Shown: positions 29,370-32,000 of the stretch, in pieces | Position numbering within the stretch: the stretch's first letter is position 1 | How the letters are laid out: the number at the start of each line of letters is the position of its first letter | DNA from: Candidatus Aenigmatarchaeota archaeon | Lineage (GTDB): Archaea > Aenigmatarchaeota > Aenigmatarchaeia > GW2011-AR5 > WALA01 | Length of the DNA stretch: 32,000 nucleotides | Direction: 5' to 3' | NCBI GenBank assembly: GCA_015522745.1 | Contig: WALQ01000028.1 | Span: forward strand, 2,961 to 34,960 | The notes under the pieces: generated by a model | Told to the model about the DNA's origin: nothing | The model's database searches: none | What the model saw: the letters and a program-made list of their open reading frames with translations, nothing else | Program-made: the position numbers and the translations under genes

Positions 29370-32000
29370 TTAATTTTTATTTTTCAGCTTCGCCTGAGCC
29401 GCCGCAAGTCTTGCTATCGGAACTCTGTATGGAGAGCACGAAACGTAGTTGAGCCCTATGATGTGGCAGAATTCAATGGAAGATGGGTTTCCGCCGTGTT
29501 CGCCGCATATTCCGAGCTCGAGTTTCGGATTCGATTTCTTCCCGTCACTGACAGCCATCTTCATGAGCTTTCCCACACCGTCGCGGTCGAGAACTGCGAA
29601 CGGGTTGTCCTTGAGGATCTTCTTGTCTATATACTGTGCCAAGAACTTCGATTCCGCGTCATCCCTCGAATATCCGAATGTCATTTGGGTCAGGTCGTTC
29701 GTTCCAAAAGAGTAGAATTCCGCGTGTTTTGCTATCTCCTCTGACGTCAGAGCCGCGCGCGGTATCTCTATCATGGTTCCTATCATGTAGTGTATGTCAG
29801 CACCATTTTCTTCGAGGACGCTCTTTGCGACGCGGTCAACGATTTCGCGCGCTATCCTGAGCTCATTCACGTGGCCGACGAGCGGTATCATTATCTCCGG
29901 CTTCACGTCAACTCCCTCGTTCTTCACTTCGACTGCCGCTTCCATTATGGCGCGCGTTTGCATTTCAATTATCTCCGGATATATGATTCCGAGCCTGCAT
30001 CCGCGCAGTCCGAGCATCGGGTTCGCCTCGTGCAATTCATTCACGCGGTCGAGAAGCTCTTGGACTTCCTTTATTTCGTTCTCATTTCCGTGCTCCTTGA
30101 GAAGTGCAAGCTTCACCATGAGGTCTTCGCGCTTCGGCAGGAATTCGTGCAACGGCGGGTCGATGAGCCGGATGATGACAGGTCTCGATCCCATTGCCTT
30201 GAAAATTCCAACGAAGTCCTCACGCTGCATCGGGAGGAGAAGGTCGAGATACTTTTTCCTCTCCTCAGACGTCTTTGACATAATCATCTTCTGAACCGTC
30301 GGGAGTCGCTCTGGGTCGAAGAACATGTGCTCCGTTCGGCAGAGTCCTATGCCCTCCGCGCCGAGCTCGACTGCTTTCACCGCGTCCTTCGGGTTGTCTG
30401 CGTTTGCGCGGACTCCGAGGTCGCGTATCTCATCTGCCCAGGTGAGAAGCGTCTTAAATTCTCCTGAAAGTGTCGGCTCAACTGTTGGAACTATTCCTTT
30501 TATGACTTCTCCTGTTGACCCATCAATTGTGATCTCTTCACCCTTTTCGACACGCACGCCCTTGACCTCGAAGAAGTCACCGTGGATTTCTATGTCCTCG
30601 CATCCGGCGACGCACGGCTTTCCCATTCCGCGCGCCACAACTGCCGCATGTGATGTCATTCCACCATGGACCGTAAGTATTCCCTGAGATGCTATCATCC
30701 CATGTATGTCCTCAGGGGTTGTTTCGTTGCGGACGAGTATGACTTTCTCACCGCTTTCACTGAGACTCACGGTCTCGTCAGCGTCAAACACGACTTTTCC
30801 TGACGCTGCCCCAGGAGATGCTCCAAGGCCTTTTACAAGCACGTCCTTCTTTGCATTCGGGTCGAGTCTCCTGTGTAAGAGTTGATTAAGGTCGTTCGGA
30901 TTTACACGCAATATCGCCTCTTCCTTCGTTATGAGGCCCTCGTTGACCATGTCCACCGCGATTTTCACCGCTGCGGCTGCCGTGCGCTTGCCCGTTCTTG
31001 TCTGAAGCATGTAAAGTTTCCCTTTTTCCACTGTGAATTCCATGTCCTGCATATTGCGGTAATGCTTCTCGAGGGTCTTGAAGACGTTCTCGAGCTGCTC
31101 GTAAACTTTTGGTATCTCCTTCTTAAGATCGGATATACTTTTTGGAGTGCGTATTCCGGCGACAACGTCTTCACCTTGCGCGTTGAACAAGAATTCTCCG
31201 AAGTACTCCTTCTCGCCCGTGGCCGGGTTGCGCGTGAATGCCACACCCGTTCCTGAGTCTGGACCCATGTTACCAAACACCATGGTCTGGATGTTCACGG
31301 CGGTTCCGAGGTCGTCCGGTATCTTGTTCGCCTTTCTGTACACTATGGCGCGCTCGTTGTTCCACGACTTGAACACGGCGTCTACGGACATCCTCAGCTG
31401 CTCGTACGGATCCTGTGGGAACTCACGCCCCGTCTCCTTCTTTATGAGCTCCTTGTACTTCTCTATGACCTCGCGCCAATCGGCCGCGGTGAGCTCTGTG
31501 TCTTCCTTGACGCCGCGCTTTTTCTTCTGCTCGGATATGATTTCCTCGAATTTCTCGTGCGGCACGCCCATGACGACGTTTCCAAACATCTGAATTAGGC
31601 GCCTGTACGAGTCGTATGCGAACCGCTCGTCTCCCGTCTGCTTTTCAAGACCCTTCACGGAGACGTCGTTGAGCCCGAGATTCAATATGGTGTCCATCAT
31701 GCCCGGCATGGAAATCGGAGCTCCGGAACGAACGGAAACGAGCAGTGGATTCTCGGAGTCGCCGAACTTCTTTCCCGTCTTTTTCTCGAGCTCCTTCATG
31801 TGAGCAAGGACGTCATCCCATAACCCTTCCGGGTACTTGTTATTTTTCGTGAAGTAGGCGCAAACTTCGGTTGTTATCGTGAATCCTGGCGGCACGGGCA
31901 ACCCGATTTTTGTCATTTCGGCAAGGTTGGCCCCCTTTCCGCCAAGAAGCGATTTCATCTCCTTTCCGCCTTCTTCAAAAGAATATATGTACTTGGTCAT
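29370..32000 (-). CDS. ppdK: pyruvate, phosphate dikinase
   Basis: 876 aa, full length (ATG at 32000..31998). N-terminus GGKGANLAEM. The phosphohistidine region is GGMTSHAAVVARGMGKPCV. The PEP-utilising C-terminal region is …FFSFGTNDLTQ-like (EFYSFGTNDLTQMT)…CGEHGG. Confidence 0.95.
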   Translation of the reverse strand: MTKYIYSFEEGGKEMKSLLGGKGANLAEMTKIGLPVPPGFTITTEVCAYFTKNNKYPEGLWDDVLAHMKELEKKTGKKFGDSENPLLVSVRSGAPISMPGMMDTILNLGLNDVSVKGLEKQTGDERFAYDSYRRLIQMFGNVVMGVPHEKFEEIISEQKKKRGVKEDTELTAADWREVIEKYKELIKKETGREFPQDPYEQLRMSVDAVFKSWNNERAIVYRKANKIPDDLGTAVNIQTMVFGNMGPDSGTGVAFTRNPATGEKEYFGEFLFNAQGEDVVAGIRTPKSISDLKKEIPKVYEQLENVFKTLEKHYRNMQDMEFTVEKGKLYMLQTRTGKRTAAAAVKIAVDMVNEGLITKEEAILRVNPNDLNQLLHRRLDPNAKKDVLVKGLGASPGAASGKVVFDADETVSLSESGEKVILVRNETTPEDIHGMIASQGILTVHGGMTSHAAVVARGMGKPCVAGCEDIEIHGDFFEVKGVRVEKGEEITIDGSTGEVIKGIVPTVEPTLSGEFKTLLTWADEIRDLGVRANADNPKDAVKAVELGAEGIGLCRTEHMFFDPERLPTVQKMIMSKTSEERKKYLDLLLPMQREDFVGIFKAMGSRPVIIRLIDPPLHEFLPKREDLMVKLALLKEHGNENEIKEVQELLDRVNELHEANPMLGLRGCRLGIIYPEIIEMQTRAIMEAAVEVKNEGVDVKPEIMIPLVGHVNELRIAREIVDRVAKSVLEENGADIHYMIGTMIEIPRAALTSEEIAKHAEFYSFGTNDLTQMTFGYSRDDAESKFLAQYIDKKILKDNPFAVLDRDGVGKLMKMAVSDGKKSNPKLELGICGEHGGNPSSIEFCHIIGLNYVSCSPYRVPIARLAAAQAKLKNKN

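Noticed and set aside
1-32000. Looked for CRISPR arrays, rRNA, IS elements, transposases, integrases and prophage genes
   Set aside because: No spaced direct-repeat array, no rRNA-like conserved stretches, and no DDE, tyrosine-recombinase or serine-recombinase-like ORFs were seen. The only tandem repeat is the in-frame 27-mer at 15974..16108.

Overview
This is an archaeal chromosome segment. The evidence is a PCNA gene, a tRNA with a bulge-helix-bulge type intron, class III (prepilin-like) signal peptides, AT-rich TATA boxes about 25-30 nt upstream of start codons (leaderless-type starts), and a recurring GGTGAT Shine-Dalgarno placed 3 nt before the start. A small-genome or DPANN-like lineage is plausible, but that is inference only. 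Positions 1-16310 are almost entirely minus strand and tightly packed. They hold a type IV filament locus: a FlaI/PilB-type secretion ATPase, a TadC/FlaJ-type platform protein, one clear pilin, several small or large class-III-signal proteins, and Cys-rich surface proteins. Upstream and co-directional is an uncharacterised block: three paralogous multi-TM proteins, a PHP phosphoesterase, a TM/coiled-coil protein, and a Gly/Asn/Asp-repeat disordered protein. Positions 16381-32000 are mostly housekeeping genes: tandem nucleotidyltransferase paralogs, an OB-fold protein plus PCNA, PRPP synthetase, a BI-1-like protein, a PhoU/TrkA-C plus MgtE-like transporter pair, a HIT hydrolase and pyruvate phosphate dikinase. 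Two items stand out there. (1) A contiguous Dak2(FakA-like)-DegV(FakB-like)-3x PlsY cluster encodes the full bacterial fatty-acid kinase to acyl-phosphate to G3P acyltransferase logic in an archaeal context. (2) A tRNA-Trp(CCA) is interrupted by a 171-nt intron carrying a box D'/C' K-turn-like unit, and its guide places C34 at the N+5 position. No rRNA, CRISPR array, transposase or integrase was recognised. All calls come from reading the sequence and the ORF track. No database search or folding program was run.
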